NCBI GenBank assembly: GCA_964440935.1
Contig: CAYTTY010000001.1
Location: 148,867-212,866, forward strand
Length of the DNA: 64,000 nucleotides
Direction: 5' to 3'
DNA from: an uncultured Ignavibacteria bacterium
GTDB taxonomy: Bacteria > Zixibacteria > MSB-5A5 > WJJR01
The notes below the pieces were generated by a model. That model did not search any database, was not told where the DNA came from, and saw only the letters and a program-made list of their open reading frames with translations. Both the position numbers and the translations under genes were made by a program. Below are positions 15,807 to 27,485 of this stretch, piece by piece (position 1 is the first letter of the stretch; each line of letters opens with the position of its first letter).

Positions 15807-16184
15807 TTGCCGACAATCAATCAGCTCATACGTAAGGGGCGCAAGCGGATCCTGGCAAAGTCCGGCACGCCCGCACTGAAGGGCTCGCCGCAGAAACGGG
15901 GTGTCTGCACCCGTGTGTACACCTCTACGCCGAAGAAGCCGAATTCGGCGCTTCGGAAAGTTGCCCGTGTACGCCTCACCAACCGGATGGACGTCACCGC
16001 GTATATTCCCGGTGAGGGCCACAACTTGCAGGAGCACTCCATTGTGCTCATCCGTGGTGGCCGAGTGAAAGATCTGCCGGGGGTCCGGTATCATATCGTA
16101 CGCGGGTCGCTGGACACCGCGGGCGTATCTGATCGTCGGCAATCGCGATCCAAGTATGGCACCAAGCGGCCTAAGACCGCTTAG
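15807..16184 (+). CDS. rpsL: 30S ribosomal protein S12
   Basis: [27 protein letters not shown]. Confidence 0.99.
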   Translation: MPTINQLIRKGRKRILAKSGTPALKGSPQKRGVCTRVYTSTPKKPNSALRKVARVRLTNRMDVTAYIPGEGHNLQEHSIVLIRGGRVKDLPGVRYHIVRGSLDTAGVSDRRQSRSKYGTKRPKTA

Positions 16185-16240
16185 AGAGACCGGCGCTCTT
16201 AACACGAAGCGTCGATGGACGATATAGAGTAGGAGGGCGG

Positions 16241-16711
16241 ATGCCCAGGCGGAAATCGGTAGCCAAGCGGGAGATTCTTCCCGATCCGAAGTACAACGAA
16301 GTTGTGGTCACCCAGTTCATCAATGGACTGATGACCCGGGGGAAGAAATCCGTGGCGGAGCACATCCTTTATGATGCGCTCGATATTCTCGAGAAGGACG
16401 CGCAGCGGCCGGGACTGGAAACGTTCAAAAAGGCGTTGGATAATGTGCGTCCGATTCTCGAGGTGAAATCGCGCCGCGTCGGTGGCGCCACCTATCAGGT
16501 GCCGGTGGAAGTCCGCCATGATCGCCGGACCGCATTGGCGATTCGCTGGCTCATCTCCTACGCGCGCGCACGTAAAGAACATTCCATGGCCGAGAAACTG
16601 GCGGCGGAGTTGAACGCGGCTTCCAAAAAGGAAGGCGCCTCAGTCAAGAAGCGGGAGGACACACATCGGATGGCTGAAGCCAACAAGGCCTTCGCCCATT
16701 TCCGGTGGTAA
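16241..16711 (+). CDS. rpsG: 30S ribosomal protein S7
   Basis: [24 protein letters not shown]. Confidence 0.99.
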   Translation: MPRRKSVAKREILPDPKYNEVVVTQFINGLMTRGKKSVAEHILYDALDILEKDAQRPGLETFKKALDNVRPILEVKSRRVGGATYQVPVEVRHDRRTALAIRWLISYARARKEHSMAEKLAAELNAASKKEGASVKKREDTHRMAEANKAFAHFRW

Positions 16712-16866
16712 GAGATCATGAGGGCCGGGCTCCGGCCTGGCCGGAAGCGAGGACGAAACATCGTTTGATTGTCCGCACGGTGCGGACGTCTGCTCACGCT
16801 TAAGACTGACGTCATCACAAATCGTCGTCTGGCGCCAACGAATCGGCATGCAAGCAGTCACTAATC

Positions 16867-16956
16867 GCGCCCCATAGCTGAAGGAATCCGACCCGCCGGA
16901 GGACGGCGGTTGCGGTTCCCCGCTTGGGCGCACAATCAACCCAGCGGGGGTTTTTT
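16867..16956 (+). promoter_or_regulatory. candidate attenuator/structured leader before fusA
   Basis: Hairpin CCCCGCTTGGG/CCCAGCGGGG + TTTTTT abutting the GTG; competes with an upstream stem GCGCCC...GGGCGC. Confidence 0.5.
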
Positions 16957-19056
16957 GTGGCCAAAGAAGTCGACATAAGAAAGATTCGGAATATCGGGAT
17001 TGCCGCCCACATCGACGCCGGCAAGACCACGACCACCGAGCGCATCCTCTACTACACGGGGAAGACGCATCGAATGGGCGAGGTCCATGATGGCGGCGCC
17101 ACGATGGACTGGATGGAGCAGGAGAAGGAGCGCGGCATCACGATTACGTCAGCGGCGACGACCTGCGACTGGCATGGCCACCAGATTAATATCATCGATA
17201 CTCCCGGACATGTCGATTTCACCGTCGAAGTCGAACGCTCGCTGCGCGTTCTCGATGGTGTGGTGGCGTTGTTCTGCGCGGTCGGTGGTGTGGAACCCCA
17301 GTCAGAAACCGTCTGGCGTCAGGCCGATAAGTACCGCGTCCCGCGCATCGCCTACGTGAACAAGATGGACCGTGTCGGCGCGGATTTCCTCGAAGCGGTT
17401 CGGATGATGCGCAAGCGGCTGGCGGCCAACGCGATCCCCATCCAATTGCCGGCCGGCAGCGAAGAGCTGTTCACGGGCATCATCGATCTCGTCAACATGA
17501 CGATGCGTATCTATCACGACGAGACGTTGGGCGCAACATTCGAAGATGTAGAAATTCCGGCATCGCTGCTGCCCGAAGCCAACAAGCACCGCGAGGCCAT
17601 GCTGGAAGCACTGTCCGACTACGACGACCATCTGCTGGATAAGTTCATTCACGAGGAACCCATCGAACCGGAGCACATCAAGGCGGCCGTCCGTAAGGCG
17701 ACGATCGACACCAAGATCATGCCGGTTCTCTGTGGGTCGTCGTTTAAGAACAAGGGCGTGCAGAAGCTGCTCGATTCGGTGATCGATTTCCTGCCGTCAC
17801 CATTCGATCTGCCGCCGGTTGAAGGGCGTTCCATCGATGACATCAATAAAGTAATGATTCGCAAACCCGACGTTAACGAGCCGTTCTCAGCGCTGGCATT
17901 CAAGATCATGACGGATCCGTACGTCGGGCGTCTGACGTACTTCCGAGTCTATTCGGGAAAAGTCAATGTCGGTGATAGCGTGTTGAATGTCGCCACCGGC
18001 AAACGGGAGCGGGTTGGGCGGATCCTGGAGATGCACGCGAATAAGCGCGAAGAACTGAAGGAAGCAAAGGTCGGTCAGATTCTCGCGGCGGTTGGCCTTA
18101 GGAATACGTCGACCGGACATACGCTGTGTGATCAGAACGACCCGATTCAACTCGAAATCATGCAGTTCCCGGAGCCAGTGATTTCGGTCGCGATCGAACC
18201 GAAGACCAAGGCCGACCAGGACAAGCTGACATCGGCGCTGTCGAAGCTGGCGGAAGAAGACCCGACATTCCAGGTGCGGGTGGATGACGAGACCGGTCAG
18301 ACCATCATCTCAGGGATGGGAGAACTCCACTTGGACATTCTCACCGACCGAATGATGCGCGAATTTAATGTCGTGGCGAATGTTGGCCGTCCGCAGGTCT
18401 CCTATAAGGAGACGATTCGTCAGAAGGCCGAATCCAAAATCCGCTTCGTCCGCCAGACAGGCGGCCGGGGGCAGTTTGCGCATGTCGAGACCACGGTGGA
18501 GCCGTCGGAGCCGGGAGCTGGCTTCGTCTTCGAGAATAAAATTGTGGGGGGCAATATCCCGAGGGAGTTCGTTCCGGCGGTGGAGAAGGGCGCCCGTAAC
18601 GCCATGGACAACGGTATCTTAGCGGGATACCCACTGGTCGATATCAAGATGACGCTCCTCGATGGCTCGTATCACGAGGTTGACTCATCGGATATGTCGT
18701 TTCAGATTGCCGGCTCGATGGCGCTCCAAGATGGGGCCAAGAAGGCCAAGCCGGTCTTGCTTGAGCCGCATATGGATGTGGAAGTTGTTTTGCCGGATGA
18801 GTATCTCGGCGACGTCATCGGGGACCTGAATTCCCGCCGTGCTCGAATTCATGGCATCGGCGAGCGCTCCTCGGCGCGGCTGGTATCGTCCTCAGTGCCG
18901 CTCTCGGAAATGTTTGGTTATGCCACCAACCTGCGGTCGCTGACCCAGGGCCGGGCGACTTATACGATGCAGTTTGCCCGATATGAACCGTTGCCCGAGA
19001 AGATGGCAGAGGAACTGGTTGCCGGGGGCAGAGTGGGGTCGAAGCGTGGCTCGTAA
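16957..19056 (+). CDS. fusA: elongation factor G
   Basis: [28 protein letters not shown]; GTG start. Confidence 0.99.
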   Translation: MAKEVDIRKIRNIGIAAHIDAGKTTTTERILYYTGKTHRMGEVHDGGATMDWMEQEKERGITITSAATTCDWHGHQINIIDTPGHVDFTVEVERSLRVLDGVVALFCAVGGVEPQSETVWRQADKYRVPRIAYVNKMDRVGADFLEAVRMMRKRLAANAIPIQLPAGSEELFTGIIDLVNMTMRIYHDETLGATFEDVEIPASLLPEANKHREAMLEALSDYDDHLLDKFIHEEPIEPEHIKAAVRKATIDTKIMPVLCGSSFKNKGVQKLLDSVIDFLPSPFDLPPVEGRSIDDINKVMIRKPDVNEPFSALAFKIMTDPYVGRLTYFRVYSGKVNVGDSVLNVATGKRERVGRILEMHANKREELKEAKVGQILAAVGLRNTSTGHTLCDQNDPIQLEIMQFPEPVISVAIEPKTKADQDKLTSALSKLAEEDPTFQVRVDDETGQTIISGMGELHLDILTDRMMREFNVVANVGRPQVSYKETIRQKAESKIRFVRQTGGRGQFAHVETTVEPSEPGAGFVFENKIVGGNIPREFVPAVEKGARNAMDNGILAGYPLVDIKMTLLDGSYHEVDSSDMSFQIAGSMALQDGAKKAKPVLLEPHMDVEVVLPDEYLGDVIGDLNSRRARIHGIGERSSARLVSSSVPLSEMFGYATNLRSLTQGRATYTMQFARYEPLPEKMAEELVAGGRVGSKRGS

Positions 19057-19093
19057 TGGTATGGCGAAAATGGAGCTAACGTCGAAAAATCTC

Positions 19094-19121
19094 TTGCGGG
19101 CGAGAAGTTTGACGATATATT
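19094..19121 (+). promoter_or_regulatory. probable S10 operon promoter
   Basis: TTGCGG-16 bp-TATATT preceded by an A-tract; same -10 and spacing as the tuf promoter. Confidence 0.5.
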
Positions 19122-19133
19122 GGGAACTCTTTT

Positions 19134-19170
19134 CGATTTTCGCGCCCTCAGGGGCGGGAAGTCGTTTTTT
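19134..19170 (+). terminator. intrinsic-terminator-like hairpin in the rpsJ leader
   Basis: CGATTTTCGCGCCC-TCAG-GGGCGGGAAGTCG followed by TTTTTT. Confidence 0.55.
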
Positions 19171-19196
19171 GTGTGAAAGATAAGGGGAGTTGGACC

Positions 19197-19508
19197 GTGG
19201 AGATCGGTCAGAAAATTCGTATTCGACTAAAGGCTTACGACCATCGGGCGCTGGACAAATCGACCCAGGAAATCGCTCGAACGGCTATGCGTACCGGTGC
19301 CCGCATTGTCGGCCCGATTCCCTTGCCGACCAAGCGGACCGTTTACACGGTGCTGCGGTCACCGCACGTGGACAAGAAATCCCGTGAGCAGTTTGAGACG
19401 CGGATTCACAAGCGCCTGATTGATATCATGGAGTCAGGCCCACAGACCGTCGACGCGCTGATGAAGTTGGAGCTTCCGGCGGGCGTGGATGTGGAGATTA
19501 AGGTTTGA
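19197..19508 (+). CDS. rpsJ: 30S ribosomal protein S10
   Basis: [25 protein letters not shown]; GTG start after GGGGAG. Confidence 0.99.
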   Translation: MEIGQKIRIRLKAYDHRALDKSTQEIARTAMRTGARIVGPIPLPTKRTVYTVLRSPHVDKKSREQFETRIHKRLIDIMESGPQTVDALMKLELPAGVDVEIKV

Positions 19509-19512
19509 TCTG

Positions 19513-20136
19513 ATGCGCCAGTTATTCGGCTATAAGAAGGGCATGACTCGTCTTTTTCTCGACGACGGTACGGCATTGGCTGTGACCGCGATCGAAGTGA
19601 AGCCCTGTACGGTCGTTCAGGTGAAAACGTCGGAGACGGATGGTTATGACGCAGTCCAGTTGGGTTTCGGCGAAAAGCGTAAAAACCTGTTCAAGAAGCC
19701 GCAGCTTGGGCATTTCGGCGACTTGGAGCCGATGCGCTGTCTGCGCGAAGTGCGGCTCACTGAGCCGTCCGAGCTTAAGCGCGGCGATCAGTTGACGGTT
19801 GAGATATTTAAGCCGGGTGAGCGTGTTGATGCGTCCGGTGTGAGCAAGGGACTGGGGTTTCAGGGTGGCGTTCGCCGTCATAAGTTTGGCGGCGGCTCCA
19901 AGACGCACGGCCAATCGGACCGCTGGCGTGCCCCGGGTTCTGTGGGACAGAGTTCGTATCCGTCGCGTGTCTTCAAGGGTCTGCGCATGGCGGGTCGGAT
20001 GGGTAACGAGAAGGTGACCGTTCGCAACCTCCGCATTGTCGGTGTTCGACCGGAAGATAACCTCCTCTTTGTTGAGGGTGCGGTGCCGGGTAAGAACAAC
20101 ACCGTCATTTCCATCCGAGAGTCAAACAAGAGGTAA
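19513..20136 (+). CDS. rplC: 50S ribosomal protein L3
   Basis: KKGMT, DGYDAVQLG, SKGLGFQG, GAVPG. Confidence 0.98.
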   Translation: MRQLFGYKKGMTRLFLDDGTALAVTAIEVKPCTVVQVKTSETDGYDAVQLGFGEKRKNLFKKPQLGHFGDLEPMRCLREVRLTEPSELKRGDQLTVEIFKPGERVDASGVSKGLGFQGGVRRHKFGGGSKTHGQSDRWRAPGSVGQSSYPSRVFKGLRMAGRMGNEKVTVRNLRIVGVRPEDNLLFVEGAVPGKNNTVISIRESNKR

Positions 20137-20189
20137 GTGGGTGAACAGGGTGCTGCCGGCCACAGCCGGGCCCCGTCTGTGATTGTCTT

Positions 20190-20819
20190 ATGTCATTAAA
20201 CGTACCGCAATACAACGCCCAGGGGGCCATGGCCGGATCGGTGGACTTGCCGGAGACATTATTCGGCGGTGAACCGCATTCCGCGGCCCTGCACGCGTAC
20301 GTGAAAATGTACCTGACCAACAAACGTCAGGGGACCGCCAAAACGAAGACGCGCGCGGAGGTCACCGGTGGCGGCGCCAAGCCGTGGCGTCAGAAGGGGA
20401 CCGGACGGGCTCGCGCCGGGTCGAATACCTCGCCGGTTTGGGTTGGCGGTGGCCGCTCGTTTGGGCCACGTCCGCGCAATCATCGTGAGAAATTGCCGAA
20501 GAAGGTGAAGTCGTTGGCGTTGCGGTCGGCGCTCGCGGTGAAGATGCAAAACGGCGCCGTGCGGGTCTGGCAACGAGCCGAGTTGGATCAGCCGAAAACG
20601 AAATCGGTCACCCAGGTCCTTGAGCAAATGGGTGTCGCTAAGCGCCGCGTGTTGTTCCTCGACGAGGGTTTGCTTCCCAATCTGGCTAAATCATGTCGCA
20701 ACATCGCTTGGTTCACGCGCGAACGTGCGGATCTGGCGAATGCGTACGAAATAATGCGCGCCGATGAGCTGATTGTCTCCCCGGAAGGGTTGGCGCGGAT
20801 GACGGAGGTCTGGTCCTGA
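20190..20819 (+). CDS. rplD: 50S ribosomal protein L4
   Basis: KPWRQKGTGRARAG. Confidence 0.98.
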   Translation: MSLNVPQYNAQGAMAGSVDLPETLFGGEPHSAALHAYVKMYLTNKRQGTAKTKTRAEVTGGGAKPWRQKGTGRARAGSNTSPVWVGGGRSFGPRPRNHREKLPKKVKSLALRSALAVKMQNGAVRVWQRAELDQPKTKSVTQVLEQMGVAKRRVLFLDEGLLPNLAKSCRNIAWFTRERADLANAYEIMRADELIVSPEGLARMTEVWS

Positions 20820-21112
20820 TGCAGTACGACCCCCGACGAATCTTGTTGAACGCGTTGACGACGGAAAAGAGTCTCAACTTGCGCGAGCGTGATAATTGTG
20901 TCGCCTTTCGCGTGGCCCTCGAGGCTGACAAGCTGCAGGTGCAGCGCGCGGTCGAGGAGATGTTCAATGTCAAGGTGGCTGCTGTCCGGACGATGGTCGT
21001 GCGCGGTAAGAAGAAGCGACTCGGTCGCTTCGAAGGGCGCCGTCCGTTTTGGAAGAAGGCTCTGGTGACCCTCCGTAAGGACGATCACATCGAACTGTTT
21101 GAGAAGGTATAG
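20819..21112 (+). CDS. rplW: 50S ribosomal protein L23
   Basis: [12 protein letters not shown]; operon position. Confidence 0.97.
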   Translation: MQYDPRRILLNALTTEKSLNLRERDNCVAFRVALEADKLQVQRAVEEMFNVKVAAVRTMVVRGKKKRLGRFEGRRPFWKKALVTLRKDDHIELFEKV

Positions 21113-21117
21113 TTCCA

Positions 21118-21948
21118 ATGGGTATGCGATCATTCAAACCGACCAGCGCGGGTATCCGTCATCGGATGATTCCGACATTTGATGAGATCACGTCGGATAA
21201 GCCGGAAAAGTCGTTGTTGACGCCGCTTCGCAAGTCGGGTGGCCGCAATAACAAGGGACGTGTGACGACCCGTCATCGTGGCGGTGGTCATAAGCGTCAT
21301 TACCGCTTGATTGACTTCAAGCGCGACAAGCGTGAAGTGCCCGCCCTGGTGGCCAGCATCGAATACGATCCCAACCGCAGTGCTCGCATTGCCCTATTGC
21401 ATTACAAAGATGGCGAGAAGCGCTACATCCTTGCGCCGAATGGGTTGACTGTTGGCCAGACGGTTGTCGCCAGTGACAGCGCCGACATCCGTGTGGGCAA
21501 TGCCCTGCCATTAGCCAAGATGCCGCTCGGTATCGCCGTGCATAATGTCGAGTTGCGGAAGGGCAAGGGCGGTCAGATGGCGCGCAGCGCCGGGTCGCAG
21601 GTGGTGATTGCCGCCAAAGAAGGCAGTATGGCGCATTTGCGCCTGCCGTCGGGTGAGGTTCGCCTCGTGCGGCAGGAGTGTTTCGCAACCATCGGCCAAG
21701 TCGGCAATTTGGAACATGAGAAAGTGTCGTTGGGGAAGGCCGGTGCGTCGCGCTGGCTCGGCCGCCGTCCGAAAGTGCGCGGCGTTGCCATGAACCCCGT
21801 CGATCATCCGATGGGTGGCGGTGAAGGGCGTTCCTCCGGCGGACGGCATCCGTGTTCCCCGTGGGGGCAGAAGGCCAAGGGATTGAAAACGCGGAAGTCG
21901 CGCAAGACGTCGAGTCGGTGGATCGTCAAGCGGCGCGGCAAGAAATAA
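21118..21948 (+). CDS. rplB: 50S ribosomal protein L2
   Basis: [29 protein letters not shown]. Confidence 0.99.
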   Translation: MGMRSFKPTSAGIRHRMIPTFDEITSDKPEKSLLTPLRKSGGRNNKGRVTTRHRGGGHKRHYRLIDFKRDKREVPALVASIEYDPNRSARIALLHYKDGEKRYILAPNGLTVGQTVVASDSADIRVGNALPLAKMPLGIAVHNVELRKGKGGQMARSAGSQVVIAAKEGSMAHLRLPSGEVRLVRQECFATIGQVGNLEHEKVSLGKAGASRWLGRRPKVRGVAMNPVDHPMGGGEGRSSGGRHPCSPWGQKAKGLKTRKSRKTSSRWIVKRRGKK

Positions 21949-22002
21949 GGTTCGAACGGCCCGGTTCAGTTGACGCAACGGCCGGGGATGAGGTGATTGC
22001 TT

Positions 22003-22296
22003 GTGGCACGAAGTCTGAAAAAAGGTCCGTTTATTGACGCGAGTCTGCAGAAGCAGATCGAGATGTTGAACAGTTCGGGCGACAAACGCGTGGTGAAAAC
22101 GTGGGCACGGCGCTCGACCATTCCACCGGACTTTGTCGGCCACACAATCGCCATTCATAACGGCAACAAGTTTATCCCCGTCTATGTGACGGAAAACATG
22201 GTCGGGCACAAGTTGGGTGAGTTCGCGCCGACCCGGACGTTCCGGGGGCACTCGGGACGCAAGACCGAAAAGGCGTCGGGTCCGCAACATAAGTAG
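22003..22296 (+). CDS. rpsS: 30S ribosomal protein S19
   Basis: [20 protein letters not shown]. Confidence 0.99.
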   Translation: MARSLKKGPFIDASLQKQIEMLNSSGDKRVVKTWARRSTIPPDFVGHTIAIHNGNKFIPVYVTENMVGHKLGEFAPTRTFRGHSGRKTEKASGPQHK

Positions 22297-22307
22297 GTGA
22301 GTCAACG

Positions 22308-22739
22308 ATGGAAGCCGTAGCACGAGCACGATACTTGCGCGGGTCCGCACGAAAGATGCGGCAGGTCGCGGGACTGGTGAAGGGGATGCCGGTGCGTACC
22401 GCCGAGCAGTACCTGCGCCACATGCCCAAGGCGGCCGCGGCGCCGCTGGCGAAAGTGATCAAGTCGGCCACGGCCAATGCGCTGGCGGTCGGCGGAACCG
22501 GTCATCACAAGGCCGATGAGTTGGTGGTGGCGGATGTGCGGGTCGATGGCGGTCCGATTGCCCGTCGGTTCCGCGCCGTCGGTATGGGTCGCGCGTATCG
22601 CATTCGCAAGCGCTACTGCCATGTGCACGTGACCGTGTCCGATGGGGTCCCGGTGGCAAAGACGAAGAAGGGCGCCGTTAAAGGTGACCCGACAGCCAGG
22701 CCGGAACCGTCGCCCGAAGAGGGTGCCGCCGAAGAGTAG
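22308..22739 (+). CDS. rplV: 50S ribosomal protein L22 (with C-terminal extension)
   Basis: KVIKSATANA, GRAYRIRKR; operon position. Confidence 0.96.
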   Translation: MEAVARARYLRGSARKMRQVAGLVKGMPVRTAEQYLRHMPKAAAAPLAKVIKSATANALAVGGTGHHKADELVVADVRVDGGPIARRFRAVGMGRAYRIRKRYCHVHVTVSDGVPVAKTKKGAVKGDPTARPEPSPEEGAAEE

Positions 22740-22776
22740 TTGATGGAGTGCACGCCCAGGCGTGCAGGAGGTTTCG

Positions 22777-23580
22777 TTGGGTCAGAAGACAAATCCAGTT
22801 GGTTTTCGTGTGGGCGTCATTCGTGGGTGGTCCTCGAAGTGGTTTGCCGAGCGGAATTACAGCGATCTGCTCTTTGAGGATCTGTCCATCAAGCGCTATA
22901 TCAATCGCCGTCTGCAGAATGCCGGCATCGCCAAGCTGGAGATCATTCGTGCGCCGAAGCGTGTCACGGTCGATGTTCACACGTCGCGTCCGGGTATTGT
23001 AATCGGACGCAAGGGCGCGGAAGTCGACAAATTGCGCGAGGAATTGCAGCTTCTGACCAAAAAAGATATCACGATTAATATCATCGAAGTGAAGCAACCT
23101 GAAGTGCAGGCGCGCCTGGTAGCCGAATCGATTGCGCGCCAGTTGGAAGGTCGAATCTCGTTTCGTCGCGCCATGAAGAAGGCGCTGGGCTCGGCGATGA
23201 AGCTGGGCGCCCAGGGGATTCGGATCGAGTGCGGGGGGCGTTTAGGGGGCGCGGAAATCGCGCGCACTGAAAAATACATGGAAGGGCGCGTGCCGTTGCA
23301 TACGCTGCGTGCCGATATCGACTTTGCACGTGCCACGGCACGGACGACATATGGCACGATCGGCGTGAAGGTGTGGATTTGTAAAGGCGAAGTGCTTGGT
23401 CCGCAGGCAGAGGGTAGTGAAGAATCCGAATCACCGCTCTTCGGCGGTCGTGAACGCGGCAAGCGCGGCGGCAAGCGGCGCCAGGGTCCGCGGTCGCGAC
23501 GGAAGCGTCCGACCTCGGAGCAGGGCGAGAGTGCAACGGAGAGCAGTGGTGACTCCGATAGCGGTTCGGGGAGCGAATAA
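22777..23580 (+). CDS. rpsC: 30S ribosomal protein S3 (long C-terminal tail)
   Basis: [23 protein letters not shown]; TTG start after AGGAGG. Confidence 0.99.
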   Translation: MGQKTNPVGFRVGVIRGWSSKWFAERNYSDLLFEDLSIKRYINRRLQNAGIAKLEIIRAPKRVTVDVHTSRPGIVIGRKGAEVDKLREELQLLTKKDITINIIEVKQPEVQARLVAESIARQLEGRISFRRAMKKALGSAMKLGAQGIRIECGGRLGGAEIARTEKYMEGRVPLHTLRADIDFARATARTTYGTIGVKVWICKGEVLGPQAEGSEESESPLFGGRERGKRGGKRRQGPRSRRKRPTSEQGESATESSGDSDSGSGSE

Positions 23581-23631
23581 CCAGGCGTGCGACGGTTCCA
23601 CGTGGTCGTTGTCGCCAAGTGAGTGATCAAT

Positions 23632-24045
23632 ATGCTGTCACCGAAACGAGTCAAGCATCGTAAGCAGCAGCGCGGCAATCGCAATGGCAAAGCCTATCGG
23701 GGGAGTTCCATTTCCTTCGGGCAGTATGGACTCAAGGCTCTGGAGCCCGGCTGGATCAACAACCGGCAGATCGAGGCCGCACGCGTGGCGTTGACACGCA
23801 AGATCAAGCGCGGCGGCAAGGTCTGGATTCGTATCTTTCCGGACAAGTCGATCACCGTCAAGCCGGCCGAAACCCGTATGGGGAAGGGTAAGGGCAGCCC
23901 GGAGCATTGGGTAGCGGTCGTTAAGCCCGGACGCATTCTGTTCGAGCTGGATGGCGTCGCCGATGAATTGGCACAGTCCGCGCTCCGGTTGGCGGCGGCG
24001 AAGCTGCCGATTAAGACGAAATTTGTGCAGTCGCACTCCTCGTAA
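23632..24045 (+). CDS. rplP: 50S ribosomal protein L16
   Basis: [16 protein letters not shown]. Confidence 0.99.
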   Translation: MLSPKRVKHRKQQRGNRNGKAYRGSSISFGQYGLKALEPGWINNRQIEAARVALTRKIKRGGKVWIRIFPDKSITVKPAETRMGKGKGSPEHWVAVVKPGRILFELDGVADELAQSALRLAAAKLPIKTKFVQSHSS

Positions 24046-24068
24046 GAGTCTGACTGCTGGGGTCGAAT

Positions 24069-24287
24069 ATGGGAATGATGAAATCCGAACGGTTGCGTGA
24101 ATTGACGGACGAAGAGCTGCGCCATCAAAAGCGCGAGCTCGAAGACGAGTTGTTCAATTTGCGCATTCGCAAATCGCTGCAGCCGCCGGATAACCCGCTG
24201 CAGTTGCGCAACCTGCGCCGTCAGGTGGCGCGTGTTGAAACGGTCATTAATGAGCGCAAGAAGCAGGAGCGTTCGGAAACGGCCTGA
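24069..24287 (+). CDS. rpmC: 50S ribosomal protein L29
   Basis: ELFNLR, RRQVARVETV; operon position. Confidence 0.95.
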   Translation: MGMMKSERLRELTDEELRHQKRELEDELFNLRIRKSLQPPDNPLQLRNLRRQVARVETVINERKKQERSETA

Positions 24288-24309
24288 GGCGGCCGCTGGT
24301 ACGGAGTGA

Positions 24310-24579
24310 ATGTCGATGACGGAGACGCAGCGAGGACGGCGCAAGACGCGTGTAGGGATTGTCTCGTCGGATAAGATGTTTAAGACCATCACGGTCGAAT
24401 TCGACCGCGTGATGGAGCACCCGCTGTACAAGCGCGTGATTCGTCGGACGATGAGGATCAAGGCGCACGACGAGAACGGCGAGGCGCGCGTCGGTGATCG
24501 CGTCCGGTTGATGGAAACACGCCCGTTGTCGAAAACCAAACGCTGGCGTCTGGTCGAAATATTGGAGAAAGCGAAGTAG
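24310..24579 (+). CDS. rpsQ: 30S ribosomal protein S17
   Basis: [17 protein letters not shown]. Confidence 0.98.
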   Translation: MSMTETQRGRRKTRVGIVSSDKMFKTITVEFDRVMEHPLYKRVIRRTMRIKAHDENGEARVGDRVRLMETRPLSKTKRWRLVEILEKAK

Positions 24580-24619
24580 TTGCGTCCGTAACGGACCCGT
24601 TTCGTGGAGTGGTGCTGCG

Positions 24620-24988
24620 ATGATACAAGAAGAAAGCCGGCTGACTGTGGCCGACAATTCAGGCGCCAAGGAAGTGTTGTGCTTCCGGGTTCTGGGTGGG
24701 ACGCGACGCCGCTACGCGCGTGTGGGCGACCAGATCGTCTGTTCGGTGAAGGACGCCGTGCCGGGCGGGACGGTGAAGAAGAAAGAAAAGTGCCGGGCCG
24801 TCATCGTGCGGACGACCAAGGCGACGCGCCGTCGTGACGGGTCGTATATCCGGTTTTCCGACAATGCCGCCGTGATTATCAACGATCAGGGCGAGCCGCG
24901 TGGGACGCGTATTTTCGGACCGGTCGCACGCGAGTTGCGCGAGAAGAACTATATGAAGATCGTCTCACTGGCACCTGAGGTGCTGTGA
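24620..24988 (+). CDS. rplN: 50S ribosomal protein L14
   Basis: [27 protein letters not shown]. Confidence 0.99.
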   Translation: MIQEESRLTVADNSGAKEVLCFRVLGGTRRRYARVGDQIVCSVKDAVPGGTVKKKEKCRAVIVRTTKATRRRDGSYIRFSDNAAVIINDQGEPRGTRIFGPVARELREKNYMKIVSLAPEVL

Positions 24989-25016
24989 ACGTCGGATTTT
25001 ATTAGTCGGTGATGAT

Positions 25017-25241
25017 ATGAGCCAGGTTATCAAAAAAGGTGATACCGTACGGGTGCTGTCGGGACAGTACCGTGGCAAGACCGGGCGTGTGCTGCGCGTG
25101 ATTCCGAAGAAGTCGCGTGTGGTGGTTGAGGGGGTGAATATGATTCATCGCCATACCCGACCCACACAGCGCAACCCCAAGGGCGGTATCATCGAGAAAG
25201 AAGCGCCGATTCACATGTCGAATGTCCGGCTGGAAGTCTAG
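25017..25241 (+). CDS. rplX: 50S ribosomal protein L24 (short form, 74 aa)
   Basis: KKGDTV KOW motif, [14 protein letters not shown]. Confidence 0.96.
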   Translation: MSQVIKKGDTVRVLSGQYRGKTGRVLRVIPKKSRVVVEGVNMIHRHTRPTQRNPKGGIIEKEAPIHMSNVRLEV

Positions 25242-25262
25242 CCGGTATCGGGACGAAACGTT

Positions 25263-25805
25263 ATGACTCGCTTGCAGGAACGATATCGCACAGAAGTGGC
25301 GCCCAAACTCAAAGAACAGTTTGGGTTCAAAAGCATCATGCGGGCGCCGCGTCTGGAAAAGATCGTCATCAACCAGGGGTTGGGCGAGGCGATCGCCAAT
25401 CCCAAGGTTCTGGAAACGTCGATGGCTGAAATCGGGGCGATCACCGGACAGCGTCCGGCGATTCGTCGCGCACGCAAATCGATTTCCAGCTTCAAGTTGC
25501 GCGAGGGGATGCCGATCGGCTGCGCAGTGACGTTGCGCGGGCGGCGCATGTATGAATTTTTCGAACGCCTGACCAATATCGCGCTGCCGCGTGTGCGTGA
25601 CTTCCGCGGCGTGCCGACCAAGTCGTTCGACGGCAAGGGGAACTACACACTGGGCGTGCGTGAGCAGATCATTTTCCCGGAAATCCATTATGATAGAATC
25701 GATAAGATCCGGGGTATGAACATCACGATTTGCACCACCGCCGAGACTGACGAAGAAGGATTGGAATTGTTGCGGTTGTTGGGCATGCCGTTCCGCCGCA
25801 ACTAG
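25263..25805 (+). CDS. rplE: 50S ribosomal protein L5
   Basis: [17 protein letters not shown]. Confidence 0.99.
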   Translation: MTRLQERYRTEVAPKLKEQFGFKSIMRAPRLEKIVINQGLGEAIANPKVLETSMAEIGAITGQRPAIRRARKSISSFKLREGMPIGCAVTLRGRRMYEFFERLTNIALPRVRDFRGVPTKSFDGKGNYTLGVREQIIFPEIHYDRIDKIRGMNITICTTAETDEEGLELLRLLGMPFRRN

Positions 25806-25833
25806 ATGGTTGTATTCAGGGGAGTGTTAACTC

Positions 25834-26019
25834 GTGGCGAAGAAGTGTCTGATTGAGAAACAGAAGCGTAAACCGAAATTCGCGGTGCGTGCCTACAACC
25901 GGTGCCGGCTGTGCGGACGACCGCGCGGGTACCTTCGCAAGTTCGGCGTGTGCCGCATCTGTTTCCGATTGCTCGCCCTCGATGGAGAAATTCCCGGAGT
26001 GACCAAGGCCAGTTGGTAG
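25834..26019 (+). CDS. rpsZ: 30S ribosomal protein S14, type Z (61 aa, Zn-binding)
   Basis: [10 protein letters not shown]...CRICFR. Confidence 0.98.
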   Translation: MAKKCLIEKQKRKPKFAVRAYNRCRLCGRPRGYLRKFGVCRICFRLLALDGEIPGVTKASW

Positions 26020-26055
26020 CAGCGGGCCGGACTCGTCTGCCAACGGAGAGAGATT

Positions 26056-26454
26056 ATGTCGGTTACTGATCCGATTGCTGATTTCCTGACGCGCGTTCGC
26101 AATGCCATGCGGGCGGGACATAAGCGTGTCACCGTACCGTCGACGCGCATGCGCAAAGAGATTGCCCGCGTGCTGGCGGAGAATCACTACATTCGCGGTT
26201 TTGCCGAAGTGCAGGCGTCGCCGCAAAACCAGTTGGTGATTCGCCTGCGCTATACCCCGCAGCAGGAGCCGGTGATTACTAACATTCAGCGGGAGTCGCG
26301 ACCGGGGCTGCGGAAGTACCGCGACGCGACCGGTGTGCGGGACTTGGGGCGGCGTCTGGGAACGACGGTAATGTCCACCTCGCGCGGCGTTATGACCGAC
26401 CGCGAAGCCAAAGAACTCGGCATCGGTGGAGAACTGCTGTTTCGAGTGTGGTAG
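26056..26454 (+). CDS. rpsH: 30S ribosomal protein S8
   Basis: DPIADFLTRVRNA, SRPGLR, STSRGVMTD. Confidence 0.98.
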   Translation: MSVTDPIADFLTRVRNAMRAGHKRVTVPSTRMRKEIARVLAENHYIRGFAEVQASPQNQLVIRLRYTPQQEPVITNIQRESRPGLRKYRDATGVRDLGRRLGTTVMSTSRGVMTDREAKELGIGGELLFRVW

Positions 26455-26463
26455 GAGTTTGAC

Positions 26464-27000
26464 ATGTCACGCATAGGAAAACTACCCATTCCCATACCCG
26501 ACGCTGTTACGGTGGATATTAACGATTCCACCGTCACCGTGACCGGTCCAAAGGGCGAATTGACACAGTCGTTCAGTCCCGATATGGAGATCGCCATGGA
26601 GGACGGCACGGTTGTGGTGCGCCGGCCGAGCGATCAACAGCGTCACCGTGCCCTGCATGGGCTCACACGCGCGTTGATAGCGAACATGGTCACCGGGGTC
26701 TCGGCCGGTTACAAAAGGGTCCTGGAGATTGTCGGCGTCGGATATCGTGCGGAACTGATGGGGAATCGGTTGAACTTGATTGTGGGGTTTTCGCACCCCA
26801 TCCTGGTCACGCCTCCGCCGGGCATTACGTTCACCGTCGAGAGTCCGACCCGGTTTTCCATTGAAGGTATTAACAAGCAGTTGGTGGGAGAGATAGCGTC
26901 TCAGGTTCGCGCCGTGCGGCCGCCCGAACCGTACAAGGGCAAAGGCATTCGGTTTGAGGGTGAATACGTACGCCGCAAGGCCGGCAAGACGGCGGCATAG
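26464..27000 (+). CDS. rplF: 50S ribosomal protein L6
   Basis: [16 protein letters not shown]. Confidence 0.99.
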   Translation: MSRIGKLPIPIPDAVTVDINDSTVTVTGPKGELTQSFSPDMEIAMEDGTVVVRRPSDQQRHRALHGLTRALIANMVTGVSAGYKRVLEIVGVGYRAELMGNRLNLIVGFSHPILVTPPPGITFTVESPTRFSIEGINKQLVGEIASQVRAVRPPEPYKGKGIRFEGEYVRRKAGKTAA

Positions 27001-27052
27001 TACAGTATCACGGATCGCCGCGTGATGCAGCGACGGAGTGAGAAACGGAATC

Positions 27053-27421
27053 ATGGCTGATCGATACATCGACAAGGCAAAGCGCGAATTGCGGCGCCGC
27101 CGGCATGTGCGCAACCGCATTCACGGTACGGCGGAACGTCCGCGCCTGACCGTCAGCAAGTCGAACAAGGCGACCGTGGCACAGATCGTCGACGACATCA
27201 ATGGCGTGACGATCGCGCAGTTGACAACGTTGACGCTCAGCCCGGCGTCCGACAGGCCGTCCAATAAGCAGGCGATGGCCAAAGAACTCGGGAAAGCCAT
27301 CGCGGCAGCGGCCAAAGAGAAGGGCGTGAGTGCCGTTGTGTTCGATCGCAACAGATATGTCTACCACGGACGCGTCCGTGCCGTAGCCGAAGGCGCGCGT
27401 GAGGGTGGATTGGCGTTTTAA
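27053..27421 (+). CDS. rplR: 50S ribosomal protein L18
   Basis: RPRLTV, VVFDRNRYVYHGRV. Confidence 0.98.
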   Translation: MADRYIDKAKRELRRRRHVRNRIHGTAERPRLTVSKSNKATVAQIVDDINGVTIAQLTTLTLSPASDRPSNKQAMAKELGKAIAAAAKEKGVSAVVFDRNRYVYHGRVRAVAEGAREGGLAF

Positions 27422-27485
27422 ATTATCCGGCGCTCTCCGGTGGGAGGCGCTGTAGACGTGTGTTGTAAAGGAGAGGTTACCCGAT

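Noticed and set aside
16712-16765. GAGGACGAAAC resembles a hammerhead ribozyme core
   Set aside because: The required CTGANGA is absent (ATCATGAG instead) and stems I/III cannot be built.
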